Shown piece by piece: positions 36,901 to 45,701 of a stretch of DNA of 45,708 nt; positions within the stretch are counted from its first letter, which is position 1, and each line of letters opens with the position of its first letter. The notes below the pieces were generated by a model. It was not told the DNA's origin. It made no database searches and was given only the letters and a program-made list of their open reading frames with translations. Made by a program: the position numbers and the translations under genes. Origin of the DNA: a virus (Duplodnaviria > Caudoviricetes); the IMG/VR virus record IMGVR_UViG_3300037796_000113, positions 1 to 45,708 of that record; one strand, written 5' to 3'.

Positions 36901-39428
36901 GATTGACCCAGAATACCGGAGTGACGGCTCCTTATTGGTTTACCGCTGGTCTTGTTCGAAACGATGATATCAACTACCTCTCTTATACGCGGTATCAGCT
37001 CGCCACGGATCTGCTCGTGGGTCTCTCCAGAGCAAAAACGGGAGAAACCATTCAGTATGTTCTTGGTGGACTTCGTCTCATTCCAGACAATCTCATGACG
37101 GTAAAACTCGAGGCTGGGGCAGCGGTCTCATTTGATGGGGAGTATATCGAAGATGAAACGAGAAACTTTGAGTTTGTCGCCGAATCCGGTGCCCCATTTT
37201 CAGTTCTCCTACAATCAGACTCCTTGATCGGGATTTCTCCGGCGGATGGGGCACAAGATCGAGTCGATACCATTCAGGTACGCCCCCTCAAAACTATCTA
37301 CGACGTACAAACTAGAAAGTTTCGAGACCCTGCTACGGGAACGGTCTCTTCTAAGCAGGTAGAAACCAAGGTTCGGTATAATGCGGAGATTCAAGTTGTT
37401 GAGGGGGCTCTTGGAACCGGGGCTGCCCCCGCCGCGACGGCTGGATGGATCAAGATAGCTGAGGTTTCCGTTCCAGCGGGAACGTCCACGATAACATCCT
37501 CATTCATTAAGACCTATGAACAATCGGATGAATGGACTACAGAAATAGAGTCTACACTGCCAACTCAGATTCGAGCAGCAGATACAACGATTGAAGATGT
37601 AGCCGCGAATCTTGATTCCGATAATGTAGAGGACGCGCTTGCAGAGATATTCCAAAAACTCGGATCAACGGACAATGGGGAGGGCGCATCGATCATCGGT
37701 ATCGAGGATCTGGCCTCCTATTTTTCTTCCTACAATGTAGAGGGAGCGTTAGTTGAATTATTTGAGAAAACGTCGTTTCCCTCTCTCACAGTAACCGGGG
37801 GCGGTTCCTTTGGCTCAGATCTCGATCTCAGTGCTGATCTTTTGATCACCGGTAACATAGAGTGGGCCAATGGAGAAATAACGTCAGACGATAGTAATAG
37901 CGGGGCACGGGTCATTGCACGAGCAAAAAGCAATCCCGCAAGTGGTGACCCAATTTTCGCCGTCGAATCATCCGGTTCGGCAACACGTTTCGGAGTAACC
38001 CAAGACTATGGCTCCTTTGTCCGAGACGCATTGCGAGTGGGATATACACACGATGATGGGGTGCTTTCAGCTCCGTCTTATGTTCTTGATGTAAATGGTA
38101 ACGCTCGTATCATTGGAACGGGTGAGGTCACCGGTTCGTCTGCTCCGTTGATTGTACAGGAAAGCGGTGGTGGTCAACTATTACTTGGTGGAAACGAGAT
38201 CGATCACCCAACCGGTATCCTTTATTTACAGACGAATAGCAATAATGACCTTCAAATGATTGGTGGGGGTAGGGTTGGAATTGGTAAATCTCCAACAGCA
38301 AAACTGGATGTTTTTGGAACGATAAGAGGAAATAGTGTTATTACTTATGACCTCAATTCTATCTCCGGAACGCTGCTTATACAGACGAATACTCAGGACG
38401 TTCGAATGGTTACTGGAGGTGGGCGTGTCGGCGTTGATACAGCAGCACCCCAAGAAAAACTTGATGTGGGGGGTAACATTCGTGTTAGTGGAAATATCAT
38501 CTTACCTAGTGGAGCGAATTGGATTGGGTATAGTGATAGCCAAGCAGACCCCAACATTGAGTTTGAAGCAGGAGGAATTGAGATAACAGGCGGTGGTGTT
38601 ATCATTGGCTCAGGTAGTCCGCCTGCTGGTGGATTGAGGGTGAATGGGAACTTGGATGCATGGCAAGGAGTAGATATCACCAATCCCAGTGGAGAGGGAG
38701 TTCGTGCTGATAATTGTGATAGTTATGGCTTCCGTGCCACAAATAATGGTGGTCATGGATTCGTGGCTGAAAGCCATTCTCTGAATACTGGATTTGTTTC
38801 ACGTACCAATTTTACAGGATTCAATGCAAACAACAATGCAGTAGATGGGTTTCTTTCAAGCAGCAATAGTCAGGATGGATTTACATCGGTGTCTAATGAT
38901 GGGTGGGGATTCTATGCGAGTAGTAATGGGGATGGAGCATATGGCCCGTTTACCGGGGCTCATGATGGGTTGATAGACCAAATGGCAGAAATCGAAGTCG
39001 GAGATATTGTTTGTGATTCTGATCGCTATTATACCTCAGGAATTGATGATTCAATGACGATCAATTATCGCTCACAACGCCCCTATAGTCCGAATGTGAT
39101 AGGGGTTCTTCAGTCACGAAAACGGGATTATGATTTCGCTCGAATTGCGGTGTTTCGTGGAAAATCAGAAGAGGAGTTGATGGAACTACAGGGAATATAT
39201 GATCACATTACCATCAATGGAGTGGGAGAGGGGGTGATTAACGTATGTGGTGAAAACGGTGATATGAAGGGTGGAGATTTGGTTGTTTCTTCATCACAGC
39301 CGGGAAAAGGAATGAGACAAGAAGACAACGTGGTGCGGAACTATACCGTGGCCCGTGTCCGCGTGAATGTTCAGTTTGATTCGGCTGAGGATGTGAAACA
39401 AGTTCCCTGTATCTATTTGGCTGGATAA
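36897..39428 (+). CDS. Tail fibre 1 with C-terminal intramolecular-chaperone-like domain
   Basis: Anchor domain (RVDTIQV, P...AGWIKIAEV), GRVGIG..P..KLDV.G repeats, C-terminal FTGAH..GDIV..VIGV..GEG.INVCGENG..GDL..S..PG.GM.Q. Confidence 0.8.
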   Translation: MRLTQNTGVTAPYWFTAGLVRNDDINYLSYTRYQLATDLLVGLSRAKTGETIQYVLGGLRLIPDNLMTVKLEAGAAVSFDGEYIEDETRNFEFVAESGAPFSVLLQSDSLIGISPADGAQDRVDTIQVRPLKTIYDVQTRKFRDPATGTVSSKQVETKVRYNAEIQVVEGALGTGAAPAATAGWIKIAEVSVPAGTSTITSSFIKTYEQSDEWTTEIESTLPTQIRAADTTIEDVAANLDSDNVEDALAEIFQKLGSTDNGEGASIIGIEDLASYFSSYNVEGALVELFEKTSFPSLTVTGGGSFGSDLDLSADLLITGNIEWANGEITSDDSNSGARVIARAKSNPASGDPIFAVESSGSATRFGVTQDYGSFVRDALRVGYTHDDGVLSAPSYVLDVNGNARIIGTGEVTGSSAPLIVQESGGGQLLLGGNEIDHPTGILYLQTNSNNDLQMIGGGRVGIGKSPTAKLDVFGTIRGNSVITYDLNSISGTLLIQTNTQDVRMVTGGGRVGVDTAAPQEKLDVGGNIRVSGNIILPSGANWIGYSDSQADPNIEFEAGGIEITGGGVIIGSGSPPAGGLRVNGNLDAWQGVDITNPSGEGVRADNCDSYGFRATNNGGHGFVAESHSLNTGFVSRTNFTGFNANNNAVDGFLSSSNSQDGFTSVSNDGWGFYASSNGDGAYGPFTGAHDGLIDQMAEIEVGDIVCDSDRYYTSGIDDSMTINYRSQRPYSPNVIGVLQSRKRDYDFARIAVFRGKSEEELMELQGIYDHITINGVGEGVINVCGENGDMKGGDLVVSSSQPGKGMRQEDNVVRNYTVARVRVNVQFDSAEDVKQVPCIYLAG

Positions 39429-39438
39429 GGAGCAATAA

Positions 39439-39624
39439 ATGGCAACGGAGAAAAAGCAAGAAAGCCGCCTTGAGCGGTTGAAACGACAGCGGGATGAGTA
39501 TCGACAGCTCGAGGAACAAGCGAAAGCACAGGCCTTTTCCTATCGAGGAGCAGCACAGGCTCTCGAACGGGAAATAGCAGAGGAGAATGGAACCGGTGAA
39601 CAAGAGAAATCCGAAGAATCGTAA
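39439..39624 (+). CDS. Small coiled-coil protein (possible fibre chaperone)
   Basis: AAGGAG SD; 61 aa, directly after the fibre gene. Confidence 0.6.
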   Translation: MATEKKQESRLERLKRQRDEYRQLEEQAKAQAFSYRGAAQALEREIAEENGTGEQEKSEES

Positions 39625-39997
39625 ATCAACGGTTATCTGCTGGCTCTGGCAGTTTCCTCAACATCTTCTTGCTTTGGGTCTAATCTGGGGAACAGGGGCC
39701 ATTCGGTATCGAATGCTTGGTCGAACGCAGGTATATCACGCAAACCGAGGATTCGGTATCTCCCTTGGTGAGTACATCATTATCGATATCCGGATTCACG
39801 GGCTACTCACAACCAAACACGAATATGGGCACACCAAACAATCGAGATTGTTTGGGCCGTTGTATTTGATTCTTGTCGGGATTCCTTCAGGCGTCTTTCA
39901 TCTCCTTACCCGGTTTGGGGTATTGAAATCAGAATCTTACTATACGAGATATCCGGAAAACTGGGCTGATCGTCTGGGTCAAGTGAATCGGAAGTGA
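39587..39997 (+). CDS. Membrane-associated protein with HExxH motif
   Basis: WQFPQHLLAL, GISLGEYI, HEYGHTKQS..GPLYL..VGIPS, E.WAD.LG. Confidence 0.7.
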   Translation: MEPVNKRNPKNRKSTVICWLWQFPQHLLALGLIWGTGAIRYRMLGRTQVYHANRGFGISLGEYIIIDIRIHGLLTTKHEYGHTKQSRLFGPLYLILVGIPSGVFHLLTRFGVLKSESYYTRYPENWADRLGQVNRK

Positions 39998-40003
39998 GGT
40001 CGT

Positions 40004-41653
40004 ATGAAGCTAACATCAGCACGCGGGGTTAAGTCTCCAATTTGGCAAGCCGCTGAGATGCTCCGCAATGATGACATCAATGAAGTCGCGAAATCTCTGT
40101 ATCAGTTCATTACCGATACGTTCGCGGTACTGTCTCATGAACAGGGTACCACCTCTCGCGTATTAGGAGGGCTTCGCGTGCTGCCACAAACGGATCTCAC
40201 ATTGACCGTTGAGACTGGTGGGGCTGTTTCATTTGATGGAGAATACTATGATGATATTAATACGTTTGAGTTTGTGGCTGAATCCGGTGCCCCATTTGCC
40301 GTCGTTTTGCCGGAGAACACCAATGTTACGCTAAGCGCTGCGGATGGTACGAATCCACGTATCGATGTGATTGAGATCCGTCCGGTACGTAGTGAGTATG
40401 ATCCACAGACACGGAAGTTTCGAGACCCGGTAACCAATGCCATTTCTTCTGCTGTCATTCCAACCAACGTATCATATCAGGCAGAGATTCAAGTTGTTGA
40501 GGGAACCCCGGCTGCATCTCCATCCGCACCGGCCTCTACCGCCGGGTGGATCAAGATTGCTGAGGTTACGGTTCCGGCTGGGGCATTGTTTCTTCCTTCA
40601 GAATACATTGTTGATTATCGGGATGCTGAACTCTGGAATACTGAGTCATCAAGTGTTTTACCAGTTCCCAGTGTCATTCCTAATTTTGTTTACAATTCAG
40701 ATAATGGTAAAACATATAAATCACGATTGATATTCCAAGAGTTGGATGGAGCTGGGTGGAGCTTTAGTGGACACAGTATGGTTATCTATGCGATAGCCGT
40801 TAGTCCTGATGAATCAAAGATATATACTGTATCATTTGATAACACGGCAAGAGAAATCAATGCGATTGATGGTTCGGCGGGGTGGGTTTTTACCGGTCAT
40901 GGTAGTAATGCTGTGCGGGATGTCGTCGCCAATCCAAATGGGTTTGTAGTTTATACATGTGGAGATGATGGTGGTGTGCGAGAAATCAATGCAGCGGACG
41001 GTTCGGAGGGCTGGGTATTTGCGGGACATACGTCTGATGTGATGGCTTTAGCCGTTAGTCCAGATGGATTGAAGGTTTATTCTGGTGATGATGATGGTCT
41101 TATTAAAGAAATCAATGCAGCGGATGGTTCTGGTGGTTGGACATTTGTTGGTAGTTCGGGGTGGCGTTCTTTAGCCGTCAGTCCGGATGGATCTAAGGTT
41201 TATGCGGGGGGTCTTGATTCTTCTGTTACTGAAATCAATGCTGCTGATGGGGCTTCCGGTTGGGTAAATACCGATCCTTCTACCTTTGTATCGACTGTAG
41301 CTGTAAGTCCTGATGGATCTAGAGTTTATGCTGGGGGAGTCGATAATGTTCTTCGAGAAATCAACGCTGCTGACGGATCTTCCGATTTTATGTGGACTGT
41401 TAATTTTTCGGATACCGTGCGCGATATAGCTGTAAGTCCGGATGGATCTAAGGTTTATGCGTGTTCATCCGATAATACTATAGGAGAAATAAATGCAGCG
41501 GACGGTTCGGAGGGCTGGGTATTTACTCATAGTGATGAAGTTTGGGCTCTCAATGTTAGTAAACCATCGGGAGCGAATCTATATTTTGGATCATCAGATT
41601 CCGATGTCTGGGAACTCAAACTCATTGGGAAAATACGCTATGAACAACAATAA
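40004..41653 (+). CDS. Tail fibre/receptor-binding protein 2 with seven-bladed WD40-like beta-propeller
   Basis: N-terminal ~215 aa paralogous to fibre 1; seven ~42-aa repeats (W.F.GH..V.A.AVSPDG.KVY...D..V.EINAADG). Confidence 0.8.
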   Translation: MKLTSARGVKSPIWQAAEMLRNDDINEVAKSLYQFITDTFAVLSHEQGTTSRVLGGLRVLPQTDLTLTVETGGAVSFDGEYYDDINTFEFVAESGAPFAVVLPENTNVTLSAADGTNPRIDVIEIRPVRSEYDPQTRKFRDPVTNAISSAVIPTNVSYQAEIQVVEGTPAASPSAPASTAGWIKIAEVTVPAGALFLPSEYIVDYRDAELWNTESSSVLPVPSVIPNFVYNSDNGKTYKSRLIFQELDGAGWSFSGHSMVIYAIAVSPDESKIYTVSFDNTAREINAIDGSAGWVFTGHGSNAVRDVVANPNGFVVYTCGDDGGVREINAADGSEGWVFAGHTSDVMALAVSPDGLKVYSGDDDGLIKEINAADGSGGWTFVGSSGWRSLAVSPDGSKVYAGGLDSSVTEINAADGASGWVNTDPSTFVSTVAVSPDGSRVYAGGVDNVLREINAADGSSDFMWTVNFSDTVRDIAVSPDGSKVYACSSDNTIGEINAADGSEGWVFTHSDEVWALNVSKPSGANLYFGSSDSDVWELKLIGKIRYEQQ

Positions 41654-41663
41654 GGGGAATGGA

Positions 41664-41981
41664 ATGATTGTTGTACGTAAAACAAAGGAAAAGGTAGCCG
41701 ATGGAAGATGGGTGGTTTCCTCATATCATCAGAAGGCGGAAGTACTGACGAAAGAACAACGAAAAGGAACTATTGAGGTCTCGGAAATACCCCCAAAACC
41801 AAAAAAGCCGGGGTATAGATATCAATTGGTGATTGATGATGTAGATCAACTCGATTGGTTTGAAGTGAAAGTAGACACTCATGAAAAGACCCAGCTTATA
41901 CGTCTTATTGAACAAGGGAAGATCTCGCTTGAGGATCTAGATGATGAGGTGAAACAGGAACTCGCAGATCGAGTCAAGTAA
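41664..41981 (+). CDS. Hypothetical protein (possible fibre assembly protein)
   Basis: AAGGGG SD before ATG 41664; EIPPKP..PG motif; follows fibre 2. Confidence 0.55.
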   Translation: MIVVRKTKEKVADGRWVVSSYHQKAEVLTKEQRKGTIEVSEIPPKPKKPGYRYQLVIDDVDQLDWFEVKVDTHEKTQLIRLIEQGKISLEDLDDEVKQELADRVK

Positions 41982-42671
41982 ATGAATAGTATAGGATGTT
42001 CGTTTGATGAACTCACCTCCGTAGAACAAGAACTACGCCCATGGCTCGATCCGAATCGTAGGTGGGAAGATCGCGTCGAACTGTATCGTCGTTATCTTCA
42101 AGAAGAGCGGTGCCTGATTATAACAGGGCCGGAGGTTCCCGTGGTGCTGCGCGAAGAGGCTGAAGAACAATTGAAGGAGACCCTTCAAGGGGGAAGATTA
42201 GAGATGAGTGATCAACAGCGAGTAGCGTGGCTACAGGAACAGGTTAATGAAGCACACCGACAGCTCTCACGACATGATGAACGCTTCACGTGGATCGCAC
42301 AGAGGCTGAAATCCATGGACGAGCGCGACCAGAAGGCATTTGAGGACATCGCGACCATCAAGGAGCGCATCTTCAACGGCTTCGGCGAACAGATCGCCAC
42401 CACCAACGCCAACGTTGAGAAGATCAGCAAGACGCTGTCCCAGCTCTCGAGGTACTTCCAACGGCACCTCAACACTGCCCACCTCACCAAAGAGGAGGCG
42501 CAGGAGATTGCCCGGTGGGTACACTCTCAGGGCGTGGACGAGTGGGAGGGCAAAGAACAGGACAGAGCGCAGTGGCTGAAGTCTCACAAGCTCGAGATCA
42601 TTGCCGTTGCGACGCCAATACTGAGCGGTCTGATGGTGCTTCTGGCAACCGTTCTGACCAGCGGGGGATGA
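41982..42671 (+). CDS. Coiled-coil protein with C-terminal TM helix; real start may be 42204
   Basis: Heptads followed by IIAVATPILSGLMVLLATVL; GGGGGA before the internal ATG 42204. Confidence 0.6.
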   Translation: MNSIGCSFDELTSVEQELRPWLDPNRRWEDRVELYRRYLQEERCLIITGPEVPVVLREEAEEQLKETLQGGRLEMSDQQRVAWLQEQVNEAHRQLSRHDERFTWIAQRLKSMDERDQKAFEDIATIKERIFNGFGEQIATTNANVEKISKTLSQLSRYFQRHLNTAHLTKEEAQEIARWVHSQGVDEWEGKEQDRAQWLKSHKLEIIAVATPILSGLMVLLATVLTSGG

Positions 42672-42672
42672 T

Positions 42673-42999
42673 ATGGGAGAACTGCTACAGGTAACGGGGA
42701 CGATCAACGTCCCGCTCATACTTGCGATGATCCTGACCATGGAGTTCGTGAAGTATGTACTGGCGAGTGAGTTCGACATCAGGCCCGGTGCCGAGGTGTG
42801 GAAGTACTCCGTGCTCGTACTCGGACTCGCGGCGGCGGCGCTCACCTCACCGTTCGACGACATCCGTCAGGTGATCGTGGACGCAATCATGTACGCGGCG
42901 GGGGCTACCATCGTGTACCAGACCTTCAAGGTACCGATACGTCGGCTGATTCGAAAGGTGATGGAGGAGACCAATGCTGGCAGCGATCAAGGCGATTGA
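42673..42999 (+). CDS. Putative holin
   Basis: 108 aa, three hydrophobic segments, basic then acidic C-terminus; lysis-cassette position. Confidence 0.55.
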   Translation: MGELLQVTGTINVPLILAMILTMEFVKYVLASEFDIRPGAEVWKYSVLVLGLAAAALTSPFDDIRQVIVDAIMYAAGATIVYQTFKVPIRRLIRKVMEETNAGSDQGD

Positions 43000-43378
43000 G
43001 AAGGCCGGGAAGTACCTCATTGTGCTTCTCGTCATCCTCGTGCTGGGGTGGGCTGCAATTGCCCTTGATGTGAACGTGGGGCGGATCATCAATCGGGTAC
43101 TTGGCAAGAAGCCTCAGAAGCAGCGGGTGATCCGCAACAACAAGGGAGATCAGGTCGGCACGCGTACTGGCGTCGTTCGCGACCGTAACCCGCTTCGAGA
43201 CAAGGGTGAGGTGAAGCTGCAGACAGGTGACACGGTCAAGCTGCCAAAGGGTGTGAAGGACACCGACGTCAAATCGGTGACACAGATATCAGGGGAGGTA
43301 TATCAAGTTGAAACGAAGCATGAGCGTCTTACTGCTGTCTTTGATCGCGATAACCGCCCTCGCCGCTCCACCAAGTGA
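42974..43378 (+). CDS. N-terminally anchored basic membrane protein (i-spanin-like position)
   Basis: GGAGGAG SD; YLIVLLVILVLGWAAIAL. Confidence 0.6.
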   Translation: MLAAIKAIEKAGKYLIVLLVILVLGWAAIALDVNVGRIINRVLGKKPQKQRVIRNNKGDQVGTRTGVVRDRNPLRDKGEVKLQTGDTVKLPKGVKDTDVKSVTQISGEVYQVETKHERLTAVFDRDNRPRRSTK

Positions 43379-43715
43379 TGAGCAAATCGCTGGGCTGTAC
43401 GAGGAGAACCCGGGGGCAATCTACGACATGGTGCGAAAGCTCTACATCGTCGAACGGGCCGAGCCTGAGATTATTCTCCCGACGATGGTCATTGCCGAAC
43501 TGAATGATGGATCGGCAGTCGTGGACTTTCAGGGGCCGCTGGTTATCACGATAGGTGACGCGGAGCGGAGCCTGCAGTACTCGGCACGGGTACAGGCGAC
43601 CGATGCAATCGTCGCAGACACACAGAACGAATCAATAGGGGCAGGATGGGTGGTGGCAGGGGGTCTGTTGGTATTTGTAGGTGGTGTGATCACTGGCGCA
43701 CTCATTTTCCAGTGA
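43308..43715 (+). CDS. Signal peptide + C-terminal TM protein overlapping the upstream gene
   Basis: GGAGG SD; SVLLLSLIAITALAA; C-terminal WVVAGGLLVFVGGVITGALIF; no Cys lipobox. Confidence 0.6.
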   Translation: MKRSMSVLLLSLIAITALAAPPSDEQIAGLYEENPGAIYDMVRKLYIVERAEPEIILPTMVIAELNDGSAVVDFQGPLVITIGDAERSLQYSARVQATDAIVADTQNESIGAGWVVAGGLLVFVGGVITGALIFQ

Positions 43716-43728
43716 GGCTTTTCTCCGT

Positions 43729-43769
43729 AGGCCTTCGGGCCTTGGCGGCCCTTCGGGGTCGCCTTTTTT
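43729..43769 (+). terminator. Rho-independent terminator ending the late operon (two cUUCGg hairpins)
   Basis: AGGCC-TTCG-GGCCT, then GGCGGCCC-TTCG-GGGTCGCC-TTTTTT. Confidence 0.9.
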
Positions 43770-43831
43770 ATTTCAGTGGAACGAGATGAAATCCCCGGAT
43801 GCAAAGTTTTTCTACTATCATAACTTTTCTA

Positions 43832-43860
43832 TTGACCAAAGTTCTCCTAGAATATATACT
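43832..43860 (+). promoter_or_regulatory. Host sigma70-type promoter
   Basis: TTGACC-N17-TATACT, AT-rich upstream, in front of the sigma-factor gene. Confidence 0.8.
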
Positions 43861-43878
43861 CCATTGCAGGAGGTTGTG

Positions 43879-44415
43879 ATGGATATAGCGACGCGTTTTG
43901 AAGAGGTTTTGGATTCGAAAGCCGTGCGGTATGTGATGTCAGTCAACGCCGAAAAGGTCTCTCGATCTTCGTTCCACAAGATGGACAAAGAGGATGCAAT
44001 GCAGGAGCTGACGCTCCGGGCGTACGAGGCGGTGCTCACCAATTTCAACCCGAAACGGGCCACGATGGAGGCTTTCGTTAGCGGGGTAGTGAAACGACAG
44101 GCGTATCAGGTTCTCCGAGAGAACAACGGCCGCCGTGGAGAACGCTCACGATACGAGATGGTAAACATAGACGACCATGACGTTATCGACTCTCGAGAGG
44201 AACGCGTTCGGGAGTATATCGAGGTGGCGGTATCGCTCGACCGTATGGCCGAGACGTGTACCCCGAGGGAGCGTGAGGTGTTCGATCTGTACCGCCGAGG
44301 ATACACCCTCAACATGTGCGCCAAGGTTATGGAGTTGAGTGAAAGCCGATCCAGCCAGTTGCTCAACAGCGCCATACGCCGCATATGGCGAAGGGAGCAG
44401 CGTCATGGCCGGTAA
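43879..44415 (+). CDS. Phage-encoded sigma70-family (ECF-like) RNA polymerase sigma factor
   Basis: Region 2 (EDAMQE..L...EA...FNP.R) and region 4 (TPREREVF.L...GYT....A.VM.LSESR.SQ); AGGAGG SD before ATG 43879. Confidence 0.8.
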   Translation: MDIATRFEEVLDSKAVRYVMSVNAEKVSRSSFHKMDKEDAMQELTLRAYEAVLTNFNPKRATMEAFVSGVVKRQAYQVLRENNGRRGERSRYEMVNIDDHDVIDSREERVREYIEVAVSLDRMAETCTPREREVFDLYRRGYTLNMCAKVMELSESRSSQLLNSAIRRIWRREQRHGR

Positions 44416-44689
44416 GGTGTACGCACGAATAACCCGCCTCGGTGAGTTATTGGAGGAGGGGTACGCCCGGCGCGAGGCTGCTGAGCTGCTCTCCGAGGAA
44501 GACCCGGATGTGGGGTTCAAGTACGCACTGACGCTCGTATACCAGTGGTACAGCGGAATCGAGTACAGCCGACCCGAGCGTGATAAGAAGCGGGGCCCGA
44601 AGAAGGGCACAAAGTATCGTGGGAGGAAGGAGGAGAAGGAACCTGAGCCCAAGGATGAGGAGCTGGACACAGATGATTTCGTGTTCTGA
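44405..44689 (+). CDS. Hypothetical protein
   Basis: GGGAG SD; overlaps the end of the sigma gene. Confidence 0.6.
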   Translation: MAGKVYARITRLGELLEEGYARREAAELLSEEDPDVGFKYALTLVYQWYSGIEYSRPERDKKRGPKKGTKYRGRKEEKEPEPKDEELDTDDFVF

Positions 44690-44784
44690 GTGGAGATTTT
44701 TGTGTACCCTACCGGGTTCATCTCTAATTTCTCCAGTGGAGATTTTTGTGTACCCTACCGGGTTCATCTCTAATTTCTCCAGTG
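44689..44784. repeat. Perfect 46-bp tandem direct repeat (2 copies plus 4 bp)
   Basis: AGTGGAGATTTTTGTGTACCCTACCGGGTTCATCTCTAATTTCTCC at 44689-44734 and 44735-44780. Confidence 0.95.
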
Positions 44785-44885
44785 TTACGCCGGGGGTGAA
44801 ATGGTAGCGTAGACGGTGGACAAACGGTAGTGTGAGGTTCATAATCCCTATCGTTTGGCCGAAAGTAGTCCATAGGAGGTATTCC

Positions 44886-45701
44886 GTGCAACAAGAAGAC
44901 ATGCGTGTTATTTCGATCTGGAACAAGGTCAAGCGGGAAGAGCTGACAGTTCCACAGGCGATGGTGTTGATCGGGGCACTCACATCCGATATCGACTGGA
45001 CGGCGGCCGACTTTAAGAAGAAGTTCAAGGACGCCTACACCTTCTGCAAGAAGCACAAGCTCATCGTCGAGGACAAAGATCCGGGGTCGAACAAGCGCTT
45101 CGTAAGCCTTCCGTCCGATTTTCGTACCCGTATCAGTACTCTAGCTAGAGTTCTAGAATCTAGAATCAGTTTTGATCCTGATTCTAGTACTAGTTCTAGT
45201 AAGAGTAAGAATAAGAGGGGGGAAAACGGCTCCAACACCGATTCTGGAAAAAAAATCTCCAAAAGCGATGAACAAGGTGAACGGGCTAAGCTGATCCGCG
45301 ATGATGAGGTGTACCAGAGGGTCTATGCGGCTATTTCGCCCTACATCAACAGTCAGTCCACCTCCGCATGGAGCCTTGCATCAGGAACCAAGGACAACCC
45401 CTACAAGCACTACCAGATCATGTGCCTGTGGGACGAAAACGGGTTCGACTGGGCCGCATACGCAGAGTGGTACCGCGATGAGGGCCCGTATCAGGATAAG
45501 GGCTTTCGGTGGCCCCTGTTCCTCAGCAGCAAGGTGGTCGAGGGATTCCAGAGCGCTCAAGAGGGCCGCGAGTACGCCAAGCGCAAGAAAGACCGGTACC
45601 TCAAGACCACGACCAACCTCAAGAACGACGAAAAGTTCAAAGCGAAGGCGCAGGCATTCCGAGAAAAGCAAATGCAGAAGAAGAAGGAAGGGGAAGAATG
45701 A
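44886..45701 (+). CDS. Hypothetical protein, possibly replication initiator/organiser
   Basis: AGGAGG SD before GTG 44886; two globular parts joined by an S/K-rich linker encoded by palindrome-rich DNA. Confidence 0.5.
   Translation: MQQEDMRVISIWNKVKREELTVPQAMVLIGALTSDIDWTAADFKKKFKDAYTFCKKHKLIVEDKDPGSNKRFVSLPSDFRTRISTLARVLESRISFDPDSSTSSSKSKNKRGENGSNTDSGKKISKSDEQGERAKLIRDDEVYQRVYAAISPYINSQSTSAWSLASGTKDNPYKHYQIMCLWDENGFDWAAYAEWYRDEGPYQDKGFRWPLFLSSKVVEGFQSAQEGREYAKRKKDRYLKTTTNLKNDEKFKAKAQAFREKQMQKKKEGEE
45131..45217. other. CTAG-rich palindrome cluster, candidate replication origin
   Basis: Seven CTAG sites; ACTCTAGCTAGAGT palindrome (45138-51); CTAGAATCAG/CTGATTCTAG inverted repeat (45160-87). 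Confidence 0.45.

Noticed and set aside
40740-41620. Possible diversity-generating retroelement TR/VR pair in fibre 2
   Set aside because: Repeats are in-frame propeller blades, differences are not adenine-specific, and there is no reverse transcriptase in the window.
36897-41653. Invertible tail-fibre shufflon
   Set aside because: Both fibres are on the same strand, with no inverted cassettes or invertase seen.
44689-44784. Possible mini-CRISPR array
   Set aside because: The copies abut with no spacer, and no cas genes are in the window.
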